Assembly (NCBI GenBank): GCA_964016885.1
Contig: OZ024743.1
Location: 7,130,001 to 7,194,000 of the forward strand
DNA: 64,000 nt
DNA from: Eledone cirrhosa
Taxonomy: Eukaryota
Direction: 5' to 3'
This document shows positions 26,008-38,143 of this stretch, in pieces. The position numbers and the translations under genes are program-made. The first letter of the stretch is position 1; every line of letters begins with the position of its first letter. The notes under the pieces are model-generated. The model had not been told where the DNA came from and did no database searches. It saw only the letters and a list, made by a program, of their open reading frames with translations.

Positions 26008-27394
26008 TATGGCCAGTTTAAATGCTAAAGGATTAAAGAGCACAACATTCAAACTTTCTACACAATGATGTCTATAAAAGCTAATGGGTGGATTATGACA
26101 AATAAATAACATTTCACAGGACCATGAAATTACGATAAAACAAACTATAAATCTTTAATTCTTGGATACAGAAAAAAGAGAAAAGTAGAGGGGGAATATT
26201 AATAATACACAGTAAAACATATTGAAAAATAAAAACAGCTAATGGAATTTTAAAAATGAGAAAACCAACAAAAGAAAACAAGTTTTAACAAGCCAATACA
26301 ATGTTACTGTTTACTAGTTCAACAACTCCATGGACCAAGGACATAAAAAAACAAAAAAACTTTTCTCTTTTTCTCTAAAAATTTCTACTTTAACCCTTTA
26401 GCATTTAAATCAGTCATATCCGCCCAGAATTCTTTCACCTCTTTCTGTTCAAACCGGCTGTAACCGGTTGCTCATAAGGTATTGTTCTCAAAATATATAA
26501 TATCAAAATCTTGTAGATTCAATATTATGTGAGATAAAGCCTTTTCTGTGAAAATACAACAATAAATATAGAGTAATGTGAATGCTAAACAATAAAAATA
26601 ATTTTTGCCAAATCAGAACCACTCTAATATTTTTATTACGCAATATTAAATGATTATCTGAAACAATCTAAAAAGAACTAGACAAATTTAAGCAATTCAA
26701 AATTTACATAATACAGGAAATTGCAGATGGAAATTTCTTTTGAAGGCAGAGAAAGATAGAATAAACAATTTCAGCAGTTTTTAAACTATTCCAATCCAGT
26801 TGATCTCAGAGTGGTGACCTTTATTGGAGAGGGGGTTCAGCAGGAATTACTCAATACAAACAAATTCCTTGTTATACAGGTGGCATGTTATTGTGGATAA
26901 GCGATTGGGTAACAAAGAGAGCAAATCAAGAAAGAATAAAATGGATGGGAAACCAAATGTAGATATGTTATACACCCCACCTTTCTTAGAAAGTGCTAGC
27001 AATTAATGGAGAATTTTTTTGTATATGCTATTCAATTGGCCAATTTGAGGATTTTATCATTAGCTATTTCATTTGTTTTACATATAAGCAAGCAACTAAG
27101 GAAAAAAACATTCGCTCTTTAGCATTTATATTAATATTTACTATTGTATTTTCACGGTAAACACTTTATCTCACATAATATCGAATTTATGAGATTTTGA
27201 TATTATTTATTTTGAGAACAATACCTTAATGTAAGCATGAACAGCCAGTTACAGCTGGTTAGAACAGAAGGGGTGAGAGTATTCTGGCTGGATACAGCTG
27301 GTTTAAATGCTAAAAGTTTAAGCAAAATATAAAATAATTAGTATAAAGGGTTTAATTGGTTGTACTTCTACTTAGAAAAACTACTGTTTTGCCA

Positions 27395-27720
27395 AAATGA
27401 AGGTTGCTGTCCCATTGTTTTCCTCATACAGCCATCTCTCATAGTATGTCTTCTATGCCTCATTTTCAGATACACTTTTATCCAACCACAAAACGATTTT
27501 CTCTAGCATACTGTCTTGCAATCCTAAACACCTCACGCCTCTCATCTTCACAATGCAGAACATGTGCAAACTTCTTTTCTGCCTCTTCCTTTGCTAGATA
27601 TACTAGGCATCTAACCTTCCTTTTTGCTATCTGATATTGCTTTCTGTCTCCTCTGTTCCTCCATGCTTGTCTTTTTATTTTAATGTCTCTTTCTACCATG
27701 TCACTCTCTGTCTTGGCAGA
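27395..27720 (-). mobile_element. RTE-like LINE internal fragment
   Basis: KRQAW...YQIAKRKVRCLVYLAKEEAEK...EVFRIARQ; homologous to 29800-30020. Confidence 0.6.
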
Positions 27721-29149
27721 ACCTTGCTCCTGCTGCAGACCTAGATTGTGGCTTCCATATTTTTGAGAATTAGACTATAAATACAATAGCGATAGGTTTT
27801 TTGTTTTACAGCTAGAAGTGTTGATGGCCACATATGAAAAGATAACTGCTGGGCAGATGGAAATCCTAACATTTATTAACCCTTTAGCATTTTCATTACT
27901 CTATATTTACTATTATATTTCCATGGTAAAGTATTTACCTCACATAATAGTGAATCTATGAGATTTTGATATTTATTTTGAGAACAATACCTTAACATCA
28001 GTATGAGTGGTCTGTTATAGCTGGTTTGAACAGAAAGTGGTGAGAGAATTCTAGCCAGGTACGGCCGGTTTGAATGCTAAAGGGTTAATCCTCACCGAAT
28101 GATCTTTTTAACCTTTCATTACCATATTTCTAATGAAAGACTGCTTATGATTTTCAAATAATTTTGAAAATAATGAAGATCCAGTAATATAATTAACTTT
28201 CTTGTAATTAAGTTTGTATTTGGAACATGACTAAACAAAAATTCTTACATAAAATTATTATGGAAGGTTTTAGATAAATACAAACACTTTACAATAAATG
28301 GCTATGTACCGTAGAGCCAAGCAATTTCAGGCAGTTTTGTATTAAAATGGTTAATGACAGTTAGCCTCTGTTTAGCAAAAACAATTATTCCTTTTATTCA
28401 GGAGTATGGAGGAGACATTTCAAGTGAAAGTGTCAACAATTTATAATAAAAGTAAAACAACGAAGCTTTATTTCATAAGATTGTAGTATATCAGCTTAGC
28501 TTCTGAATAGCCAACAAGGATTCATGAGAAAATTAAGAGAAAATGAATCAAAAAGATCTACAACTGCAAGCAGCTTTAAAATAATATTTATGACCTTACT
28601 ACTTTATAAGCTATGTTGACCTTATCTAGCTCACAGCTCTAAATGAAATATTTTTCAAAATATCTAATGTAAAATTTTCTCTCAAAAGGTCAGAATATAT
28701 GACTATTTATGCATATCAGGTTTTATTTTAGATATAAATGGTTTCAATTTCTTTTTTATAGTTTTTCATTCCTTTTTGCTAGATTCATAATACATAAACT
28801 TACGTGTAGCAATCATACAAAAGAAAACCACTGCTGAAAAACCCAAGTAAAATTGTTATACTGACTACAGATATATTACAAATTTCCTCAGATATTACCA
28901 TAAGGAAGAGTCATAATAGATTCTGTTTTTCTTTCTACTTTAGATCTGTTTCCTGTTTTACGTACAAGTCTTTATTATATTGATACTGAGACCTTTTGAT
29001 TCCAGGTTTTGCTACCATGTCAGGAATTTCTTCTCTAATTTTGCTACAATGGAAATTTCTTCTCTAATTTTGCGGCTATGAAGACTAGATCATCAGCAAA
29101 TAGGAGTTTGCATGGGTAGTCAGTTTTAAACTTCTGTTATAGGTTGGGA

Positions 29150-30050
29150 GAGAACAAATAGAAGGGGCTGAGGACAAAGCTCTGGTGGACCTCTACCAAC
29201 ATGCTAAATTCGTCATTATATTCTTTGTTGACTAACCTTACCTACTGCCCCACTGTATACGGCTTGTACCACACTAAGTCATTCCTAAACCCATAGTTTC
29301 CTAAGAGCCCATCAGATTATGGGGAAGAAAACCCTGTCAAAACTTTTTTCCAGATCAACACATGCTAGGTACTTCTCCTGCAGCTGTCTCACAAAGAAGT
29401 AGGCACTTGTAGTACTTTACCAGGTACAAATCCAAACTGCATGTCGTCTATGTTAATTCTATCCCTAATGAGTTGTGCAATAACTCTTTTAGTAACTTTC
29501 ATGAGTTGGTCCATCAACTTGATGCCGCCATAGTTTCTTCAATCCAGTACATCTTTGCCTGTGATGTTACATTTACACCATTCATTAGGTATGATGCTAT
29601 CTTTTATTACTTGATTTACTATATGTGGTTAGCAAGTGTCCCGCCTTACCAGATGCTTTCAGTATCTCAGCAACTCTTCCTGGTGGTCCTACTGCTTTGC
29701 CTGTCTTCATATCCTTAATTGCTTTACCATACAGCAGCTAATTTGGATGGTTGGTCCCTCTGTAGAATTTGCTTGAGGCAGACTATCTTTCTCTCATGCA
29801 TTCTCATCTTTTAACAGTCTTTCTCACCATGACACTTCCCTGCTGCTTTTCAGTGTTGGTGAGGACAAGTGTGTCAAAAGCATATTGATTTTGCCATACA
29901 CACTCCATATTTTTAGTCCTTGTGGCACAGAACATACACAAACTTCTTTCTTTCTGCTTCCTCCTTGCTAAGTGTACCTGACATCTAGCTTCTCTTCTAG
30001 TTTCTTGATACTGTGACATTCACCAGGTTCATTTTGCATGCTCTGCTCAT
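29150..30050 (-). mobile_element. Decayed RTE-like LINE (RT region)
   Basis: MQFGFVPGKSTTSAYFFVRQLQEKY...VDLEKSFDR on the minus strand. Confidence 0.7.
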
Positions 30051-30165
30051 ATATATAAAGTAAACCAGCATAAGAGGAATTAGATATAGTGTGCAAGAGA
30101 GAAAACTGCATTGGCATGGACATGATGCATATGGAAGATCTCAGCTGTATAATGAAGTGTAGAGA

Positions 30166-30365
30166 NNNNNNNNNNNNNNNNNNNNNNNNNNNNNNNNNNN
30201 NNNNNNNNNNNNNNNNNNNNNNNNNNNNNNNNNNNNNNNNNNNNNNNNNNNNNNNNNNNNNNNNNNNNNNNNNNNNNNNNNNNNNNNNNNNNNNNNNNNN
30301 NNNNNNNNNNNNNNNNNNNNNNNNNNNNNNNNNNNNNNNNNNNNNNNNNNNNNNNNNNNNNNNNN
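30166..30365. other. Assembly gap (200 N) in AK2 intron 1
   Basis: Run of N. Confidence 1.
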
Positions 30366-32533
30366 GGTGCTACAATAAATGCAGCCAGTACACCCTGCTG
30401 TAGAACCATGCCTAAAAGAGTCAAGAGAACTTTTTAAGTGTGCCAGAGGCACAGACACCTCTCTAATGTCGGTGATCTATATGATAAACGCACCCAGTAC
30501 ACTCTGTAAAGTGGTTGGTGATAGGAAGGCACCCAGCTGTAAAAAACCTGCCAAACAAAGGGTTAGGAAGACTATCCAGCTATGCCAAGGACACAATAAC
30601 TTCTCTAATGTTGGTGCCACAATAAAATGTACTCAGTAGAGCTCAGGATGTTGGCCTCACAGCCTACCTGGAGATCAGAGGCCCAGCTTAAGTACTGACC
30701 AGTCTGTGACGTCATGTAAAACCCTTGCTAGCTGGGAAAACGGACGGTAAACGATCAAGATGATAAAGTTTATTAAGGTTGAGTCAGTAGTATGTTGCTC
30801 TGGAGTTTCTCTGTTTCTACAGGGGTACTAGACAGTGATTAACACATACATATGTATACATAACTGACTACTTTTGATGAAGGACTAATGTCCGAAACAT
30901 TTAGACACTTTTCCTATTATATCAAGCATTATTGTACTGTCCCCCTGTGTCGTTTTTCCTAGTTTACTTTTCGAACACACACATGAATATAAAAACATAC
31001 ATACATACATAAATATACACACACACACAGACACACACAGAGAAGCCGACGAAGGAACCCAACCTTAACGTGTATATACGCAATAAATCCGGTGAAACAG
31101 ATGAGATATTTTCATTTTCTTATTTCTTGATTTATAGTCAAGTATTCCCGTTTCTAGTAAATCGAGCGAACACGTAGAGGCTCCAATGTTGGCTCTCTGA
31201 GTGTTCCAGCGTGGCGATAGTTTGCCTAAAGAATTAAGCTACTGACAGAGTAAAGTGTCTAATCTCAATTTTTGTTATACTAGAAGTAGTTTAGAAATTT
31301 AAAAGAAAGGTTATCGAATTCCTTTTACTATTTTTTCTTTTTTGTCTTCTGAAAACATGATACTCAGAACAGTACCTTAAATAATATTATATTCCCTAAA
31401 ACATAAGGCCCTTTTAGCGAGAGGGAGACATGCATGCCCTTTTCAAGGGCATTAGCGGTGTAATGGTTCTAATCGACAATTGAAAGAGAGTTGCAAAATT
31501 CGGTTTGCCGTATTTTTTTAACCTAACGCTATAGGTCTGCATTGTCTTCATAAGACGGGGTTGTTATGACTGGAATGCCTTTAATGATAGGCTTGTTCAA
31601 TCAGGGTTGACCTAGGACTAAACAACAACCTTCATTATGGCAAGTGATAAAACAAAAAAATCTGTTCTAAAAATAGAAGCGTATCGACCTATATGTTTTC
31701 GATTTATATCACGTATAGATAGTGCTGATTATAGACAGGGGATGATTCAATCGATTAAATACTAAATCGAGCAAGTGTAAGAATACAAAGGTTAATTTGC
31801 TGCTTTAAAACATATGCAAAAAACATGTTTTAAATAGCATATGTAGAAATTGAATATCGTGCATAAATTACATTAAAAATATTAGTATCTAGTAAAATAT
31901 GTATTTAATTTTTTAAATATTTTTTTTTTCTATTTAAAAATTAATATTTTAAAAGTTAAAAATAAATGTAAAATATATTAGCGAAACCATAAATGTCTAT
32001 CTTTAAAAAGCATGTTTGAGTCCTATATACTTATTTATATAGTTAATTATAGAATTAAATAAATGTTATCCATCCGAAAAGGACAAACAGGTTATAAAGA
32101 CTGCTATTTTTTAACCGATTTTAAACTTTTGGATAAATTAGATGAATGCTAAGATTAAAGAGAACCCGATACGCTCGGGTTTCAAGAGCAGATGAAACTT
32201 TTAATCAGAAATAAAACAGAAAATGTTGGAAAGTTTATTAAGACGATGTTATTTGTGACATAAGTGTATATTATTTCAAAAATAAACGCCCTTCCGTCAT
32301 CGCTTTCACATTAAGCTTGAAAACCAATTCACGCACGTAGGTCAACGGTGATTTATACTAAAGCGATTTTCCAATTAACTTGTAGTTATATTTGAAGATT
32401 CAAATTAATGATTTAAACAATTACTTGACAGGGCAACACCAGTGAGTAGTACATACAGTACACAAGAAAATCGTCACCACATATTTTGGTAAAACAAGTA
32501 AAAAGGAACAGATTGGAAATTTAAAAAGCTTAC

Positions 32534-32632
32534 TTGAGTTCCTTTGCCAGATCCCGGCGGCCCAAGTAATACAGCCTTTACTCCCGGCGTATCTGGTTTC
32601 TCAGCAGGCTGTGCATTTTGCGTTGGGGCCAT
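32534..32632 (-). CDS. AK2: Adenylate kinase 2, coding exon 1 (MAPTQNAQPAEKPDTPGVKAVLLGPPGSGKGTQ)
   Basis: Manual translation: ATG at 32632, P-loop GPPGSGKGTQ, followed by a GTAAG donor; 99 nt, phase 0. Not in the ORF track because it is too short. Confidence 0.95.
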
Positions 32633-32639
32633 TGTTTAT

Positions 32640-32900
32640 TTTTTCCGTCAAAGCTCTGGACTCGAAGAAAGGGATGGAAACGATTTTAAACGATAAAGAA
32701 GTAAGAACATAAATTTTTAGATTTTGCAGTAAGACCGGCCGACAGTTAAGAATACAGAAAACTAAGTGTTCGAAATTAACGCATGCGTGATTGTTATGGA
32801 AGGGACATAATTTATATAAATCTATTTGGGTCGCTTAATTTTACTTGCCTAACGCAAAACACGTTTTTCAGCTTAACGTTCAACGAACTTTGAGAAAGAT
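32640..32900. promoter_or_regulatory. Probable AK2 promoter / 5' region with an NRF-1-like palindrome ACGCATGCGT (32779-32788)
   Basis: Locally CpG-rich, directly upstream of the AK2 ATG; the motif resembles the NRF-1 site GCGCATGCGC. Function is inferred. Confidence 0.4.
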
Positions 32901-34132
32901 AAATTAATCTCAATAAATATAGTCAGTTCTAAGCAACAGTAAATATTAAATGTCTGCTCGGAAGTAGAGTCTATTGTTAAGTTTAGATATTTTATTAGTT
33001 AACTTACGAAAATATTGATTTTTCATATGGTCATAACATCTGAGACTCATTATTTCAAAAGAAAGCAGGATTTTGTGACTTTCATAGTTTTTCTACAGTA
33101 TTAGAAATTAGCCCTAATTGATGATTTAACCTGGAACCATCTGCTCTTTTCCTATATTCACGACCATACTGACCAATGTATCCTTTTCAAAAATGGTAAA
33201 TGTGATTTGAATTAATTTGGCTGCTATTTCTAGCAACTGCGCCAATTTGACGAAAGAACTATGATGCCTGTGCAAAAACATTGTAGCTACACAATGTTTT
33301 TTGTAAAATGATTTCTCGCTCTTTCACTTGATCTACTGTGCAATGAAAAGCTGATGACGTATGGTATGACTGGAATATTTTTATTCCATTCTAATCACAA
33401 AGCTGGATTTTGACAAGTATAAATAATTGTTTCTACTTTTGGCACAAGGCCAGCAATTATCCAGTACATTACTGGTACTTTATTTTATCGACCCCGTAAG
33501 GATGAAAGGCAAAGTTAACCTCGGCGGGATTTGAACTCAGAATGGCAAGGGCCGTAACTCTATACGTCAAAGCATGGCGTCCGACCCTGCCAATAAATAA
33601 TGCTTGCAATCTGTACAAACATCAGTGATTTTGGGTTTCAGTAGACAAAATACTCCTAATTTCATGTGATACACTATTGTTATTGTTAGGTTTGCATGGG
33701 AATTTGTTGCAGTCTTGACCAATCTAGATAATTAAAAGTTTTCTACGGTTTCAACAAATGTTCACCGAATTCACGGACTAGACCCCTTCTACCTCCCGTT
33801 AGACCTGTGCGGAATTCCTTCCTTGCTCACATTTCAACCAGGTTTGATGGTCTTTATTCTCTCTCGTTCACGATTTCACTGAATTTATATTCATGGAAAT
33901 TTGGGACTTGACTCGTTCTTCCTCACTTTTCGTTGCTTCACCATCTTTGTTTGTTTACACTCTCGCTGTTCCCTTTATTTACATGTCCCAACGACTTTCT
34001 TTAGCCGTTGCTCGCACCAACCGGAGGTATATGGTCTTTAAAGCGAAGAAATACCGATGATGGTTGGAAGATCACTGATGAAGGACCACTTTATTCATAT
34101 GTAATCCATTTGCAACCCCGCAGCACGTTTAT

Positions 34133-34187
<55 letters not shown>

Positions 34188-34361
34188 GAATCAAAACATA
34201 AAATATGTTTAGAATTTTGTGTTTCTCAATAAGGAAGAGCAATAGACATTATCTAGAGCCATAATAACTAAATGAAAAAAACATGGATATATGAGAGAGA
34301 AAGTCATATATCGTATAAGAAACACAGTATATTGTATATATACCAAATACATATTCTATAG

Positions 34362-34803
34362 AAGCTCCGACGTCTGCAACTGACTTGGTAAACACCCACA
34401 AAATAATTAACCATCTTGCCAACAACAACCCTGAGTACCTTTTTGATTTCCATGTGTCTAACACACGTGGGCATGCCTACAAAGTTAGAAAACAGCACAG
34501 CTCCCATGACTTTCGGAAACATTTTTTCACGCTCAGAGTTGCTGAAGCATGGAACAAACTACCTGCATCAGTTGTTAGCTGTCGAAACACTGCATCCTTT
34601 AAAACCTCCATGCTTCCTGAGATTCGCCAACACTACACCCAATGTTCCCCCTCCATACACATACACACATGTATATCATGACTCCTACACTGTTCACTTC
34701 CCTGACATTTGTGTATTATTCTATGTACTAAACATACACCTTTGACGAGTTGTAATGCACCTGAGCACTGTACACAATAATTTCATTATTATCATTATTA
34801 TTA
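34362..34803 (+). mobile_element. CR1-type LINE 3' fragment
   Basis: ORF 34385..34681 matches the ORF2 C-terminus; same 3' UTR and ATT tail. Confidence 0.9.
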
Positions 34804-35019
34804 TGTACACAGGTGGAATCATAAGTGAAACCTTATAGTGCTATTTCATACCTGGAGAGTGTAGCTCAAAATCAATCTACGTAATCGATCATCGAAAAAA
34901 TCAATCAATATAATCAATCATCGAAGACAAACTATCGATTATGATTAAACCACATGAGACACAGGTACTCTTCAGAGGTTAGTCTCACCATACTAAGGGA
35001 AATATAGAATGGTAAATAA

Positions 35020-38000
35020 GACAAGATGAAAGTTTCAGTCTGCGTGATGATGGGCAGATCTGGAGGTTTGTCAAGGCTGGTGAAACGTGGAAGAGAGATA
35101 CCAGCTGGTCTGAGTGTGATCTACCCACAATAACTGGCAATGTAAAAACTGCTACAACTCTGGGAAACTAAACCAGAACAACCTGCCACCCTCTACACAC
35201 CATCATAAACTGCGAGCAGGGTACAAATTGTTGTCCTTAAATGCTCGCAGTTTATGCAACAAGATACATCTGTTCGAATCCTACGTCAGAAGCATCGACC
35301 CTGACTTCATCACAGTCACGGAAACATGGGCACATTCCTTACTCTGTGATGGGGTTTTCACCATTACTGGGTACAACCTTTTCCGCAAGGACCGCATTAA
35401 CCGCCGTGGTGGTGGTGTGATGGTCTACGTTCGTTCAAACTTTTCGGTAATTCCTTGCGTTGATTTGAACGAATCACAGGAAGAAGTTTTTTTCTGTGAC
35501 ATACGTATGACCATGTCAACACTTCTGCTTGGTGTTGTTTATCGCCCCCCAAACTACCATCAGGACACACAGCTTTGCGATATCCTCAGAGTTGCTGCCA
35601 AGAAAACAGCCACTTATGTGTTTATTGCAGGTGACTTCAATCATCCTGAGATCGATTGGGAAACCTTTCGTTGGCCACAGGGTGCAAACGATTTCCTTGA
35701 ACTAGTGCTGGACTCAAACTGGTCACAAGTAGTCACCTCTCCAACAAGAGGTGACAACACTTTGGACCTGATCTTCACCACTACTCCTGAAGTGGTTATC
35801 AGTTGTACTACTGAGGAACCTCTAGGCGACTCTGATCATGCTATGATCATTGCCAATCTGGCACTTGAGGGCAGCAACAAAAACCAGAGCCATCTCCAAT
35901 CTGCTTGCTTTGATTGGAAGAGGGCAGATTGGAACTTGTACTGCACTGAGCTACAGCGCCCAAACTGGCATGAGATGTATAACTCTGGAGATGTGAACTC
36001 TATACTCCAGAGCATCCTGGACTCAATATGGATAGCGTGTGCAGCATCAGTGCCACGGAAGCGGAAAAATAACCACCCCAAAAGTGCAATCTGGGAAACT
36101 TCAGCAGTCCGACTTGCCAGGAAAGAACGTCGGAACGCTGAACGGGAATATAAACTGCATAGATCAGATGCCAACAGAAAAAAGCGGAATAAATCTTCTA
36201 ACCATCTCAAGCAAGTGACAAAGAAGGCAGTGCTTGAATTTGAACAGTGCATCGCAACCAATCCCGACAGTAAGGTGTTCTGGAAATATGTTCATTCAAA
36301 GCAGAGACCTCACTCTCCAGTTGGTCCTCTTCGCAATCCCCACACAAGCCAGATCACTGACGATCCCAAGGAATGCGCAGAACTCATTGCTGAGTGCTAT
36401 GCAAGTATTTTTACTGTTGAAAACCAGAATGTACCATCTCCACCATCTCTAACATCAAATTCCATAACAACTATGGAATTTACACCTGCAATGTTGCGAC
36501 GTCACCTTAAGAATAAGCGCAACTATGCCTCCCCTGGTCTTGATGGTGTGACATACCTGCTTCTCAAACGTGGCGGGGATTTCCTTTTGCGCCAGCTTTC
36601 TTTTTTCTTTCAATACTGTCTCAGCAATGGTGCTACTCCAGAGCAGTGGAAAACTGCCAGTGTCATTCCCCTGTTCAAAAAGGGCAACCGCATGTCACCT
36701 GTCAACTATCGTCCAGTCAGTCTTACTAGCTGTATGGCCAAACTGATGGAATCCTGTGTCAGAGAAACACTTTGGAACTTCTGGAGCTCTCACAGCCTCA
36801 TCCGGCCCTCACAGTTTGGATTTATCCCTAACTCCAGCTGCTGTGATCAGCTTATCGAGTTCCTTGAGGACATCACCCGGATCACTGACAGCGGCTCATG
36901 GGTGGATGTTGTTTACCTTGACTTTGCTAAGGCTTTTAATTCTGTGCCACACAAAAGACTTATGGCAAAACTCTCTGCAATGGGTGTGAGGGATGATCTT
37001 TTCGACTGGCTGAAATCCTTCATTCTCAGCCGAAAGGAAGTAGTCACAGTTCTAGGACAGCATTCTTCACCATATGAGATGTCATCTGGTGTACCACAGG
37101 GATCTGTTCTTGGTCCTCTTTTGTTTGTGGCATATATTAATGACATAGATGCCAACTTACAGAATGCCACGGTACTAAAATATGCAGATGACATCAAGCT
37201 GTACCTTGAAATCAAAAGGACTGATCCTGAAATTTACAACTCTTTCCTACAATCAGACCTGGACACAATGCAGCAATGGATCACAGACTGGCAACTGAAG
37301 CTGGCTGTGGACAAGTGTACCACCATGCATTTTGGAAGGAAAAAGCCAGCGTCCACATACTCCCTCCACAACACTGACATCAAAAAGTCCTCTTGTGAAC
37401 GTGACCTGGGCATTACTGTCAGCAACGATTTGCGTTGGACAAAGCATGTCTCTAAGATTGTCAAGAAGGCCGAGGGTGTCTTGGCATCACTCAGCAAGAC
37501 CTTTGTTAGCCGCTCTCCAGCCATCTATTTAAAACTGTATACAGCTATGGTGCGACCACACTTGGAATTCGCATCATCAGTCTGGAACCCCTATCTTGCT
37601 CGGAACATTGACCTCCTGGAAACTGTTCAGAGACGTGCAACCAAGCGCATACCCTCCATCAGACACCTACCATACTCTGAACGCCTTGCTTCCCTGGGCA
37701 TGGATTCATTGAAGCTCCGACGTCTGGCAGTGGACTTGGTGAATACCCACAAAGTTTTTAACCATCTCGCCAACTGCAACCCTGAGCGCCTCTTTGATCT
37801 CCATGTATCTAACACACGTGGACATGCCTACAAGATAAGAAAACAGCACAGCTCCCATGACTTTCGCAGACATTTTTTCACGCTCAGAGTTGCTGAAACA
37901 TGGAACAAACTGCCTGCGTCAATTGTTAGCTGCCGAGACACTGCATCCTTTAAGACACTCATGCTTCCCGAAATACGCCAAAACTACACCTGATGTGCCC

Positions 38001-38143
38001 CTTCCATACACATGCACACATGTGTGCACTGTTCATTTTACTGATGTTTGTGCATTGCCCTATGTACTGTACATGCACTTTTTTGATGGGTTGTGGTGCA
38101 CCTGGGCACTGTGCACAATATTTCATTATTGTTATTGTTATTA
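35020..38143 (+). mobile_element. CR1-type LINE, 5'-truncated within ORF1, with intact ORF2, 3' UTR and (ATT/GTT)n tail
   Basis: ORF1 remnant ends ...TTLGN* at 35171; ORF2 carries APE and RT motifs; tail at about 38125-38143. Confidence 0.92.
35228..37993 (+). CDS. LINE ORF2: apurinic-like endonuclease + reverse transcriptase, about 920 aa, uninterrupted
   Basis: NARSL, VTETW, GDFN, LDL, SDH endonuclease motifs; NYRPVSLT, YLDFAKAF, GVPQGSVLGP, YADD RT motifs; CR1-like C-terminus (RPHLEF...WNP, TRGH, WNKLP). The TTG start is only an ORF-finder start. Confidence 0.93.
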   Translation: MLSLNARSLCNKIHLFESYVRSIDPDFITVTETWAHSLLCDGVFTITGYNLFRKDRINRRGGGVMVYVRSNFSVIPCVDLNESQEEVFFCDIRMTMSTLLLGVVYRPPNYHQDTQLCDILRVAAKKTATYVFIAGDFNHPEIDWETFRWPQGANDFLELVLDSNWSQVVTSPTRGDNTLDLIFTTTPEVVISCTTEEPLGDSDHAMIIANLALEGSNKNQSHLQSACFDWKRADWNLYCTELQRPNWHEMYNSGDVNSILQSILDSIWIACAASVPRKRKNNHPKSAIWETSAVRLARKERRNAEREYKLHRSDANRKKRNKSSNHLKQVTKKAVLEFEQCIATNPDSKVFWKYVHSKQRPHSPVGPLRNPHTSQITDDPKECAELIAECYASIFTVENQNVPSPPSLTSNSITTMEFTPAMLRRHLKNKRNYASPGLDGVTYLLLKRGGDFLLRQLSFFFQYCLSNGATPEQWKTASVIPLFKKGNRMSPVNYRPVSLTSCMAKLMESCVRETLWNFWSSHSLIRPSQFGFIPNSSCCDQLIEFLEDITRITDSGSWVDVVYLDFAKAFNSVPHKRLMAKLSAMGVRDDLFDWLKSFILSRKEVVTVLGQHSSPYEMSSGVPQGSVLGPLLFVAYINDIDANLQNATVLKYADDIKLYLEIKRTDPEIYNSFLQSDLDTMQQWITDWQLKLAVDKCTTMHFGRKKPASTYSLHNTDIKKSSCERDLGITVSNDLRWTKHVSKIVKKAEGVLASLSKTFVSRSPAIYLKLYTAMVRPHLEFASSVWNPYLARNIDLLETVQRRATKRIPSIRHLPYSERLASLGMDSLKLRRLAVDLVNTHKVFNHLANCNPERLFDLHVSNTRGHAYKIRKQHSSHDFRRHFFTLRVAETWNKLPASIVSCRDTASFKTLMLPEIRQNYT

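Noticed and set aside
30080-30458. ORFs spanning the N run
   Set aside because: Artefacts of the assembly gap.
31434-31452. Hairpin ATGCCCTTTTCAAGGGCAT resembling a histone 3' stem-loop
   Set aside because: Stem and loop geometry differ from the 6-bp stem / 4-nt loop consensus, and no histone ORF lies upstream.
34072-34110. CTGATGAAGGA as another hammerhead
   Set aside because: No GAAA and no stem III/I partner follows it.
35836-37815. Antisense and alternate-frame ORFs over the LINE copies
   Set aside because: Shadow ORFs of the RT coding sequence, repeated in each copy, with no independent motifs.
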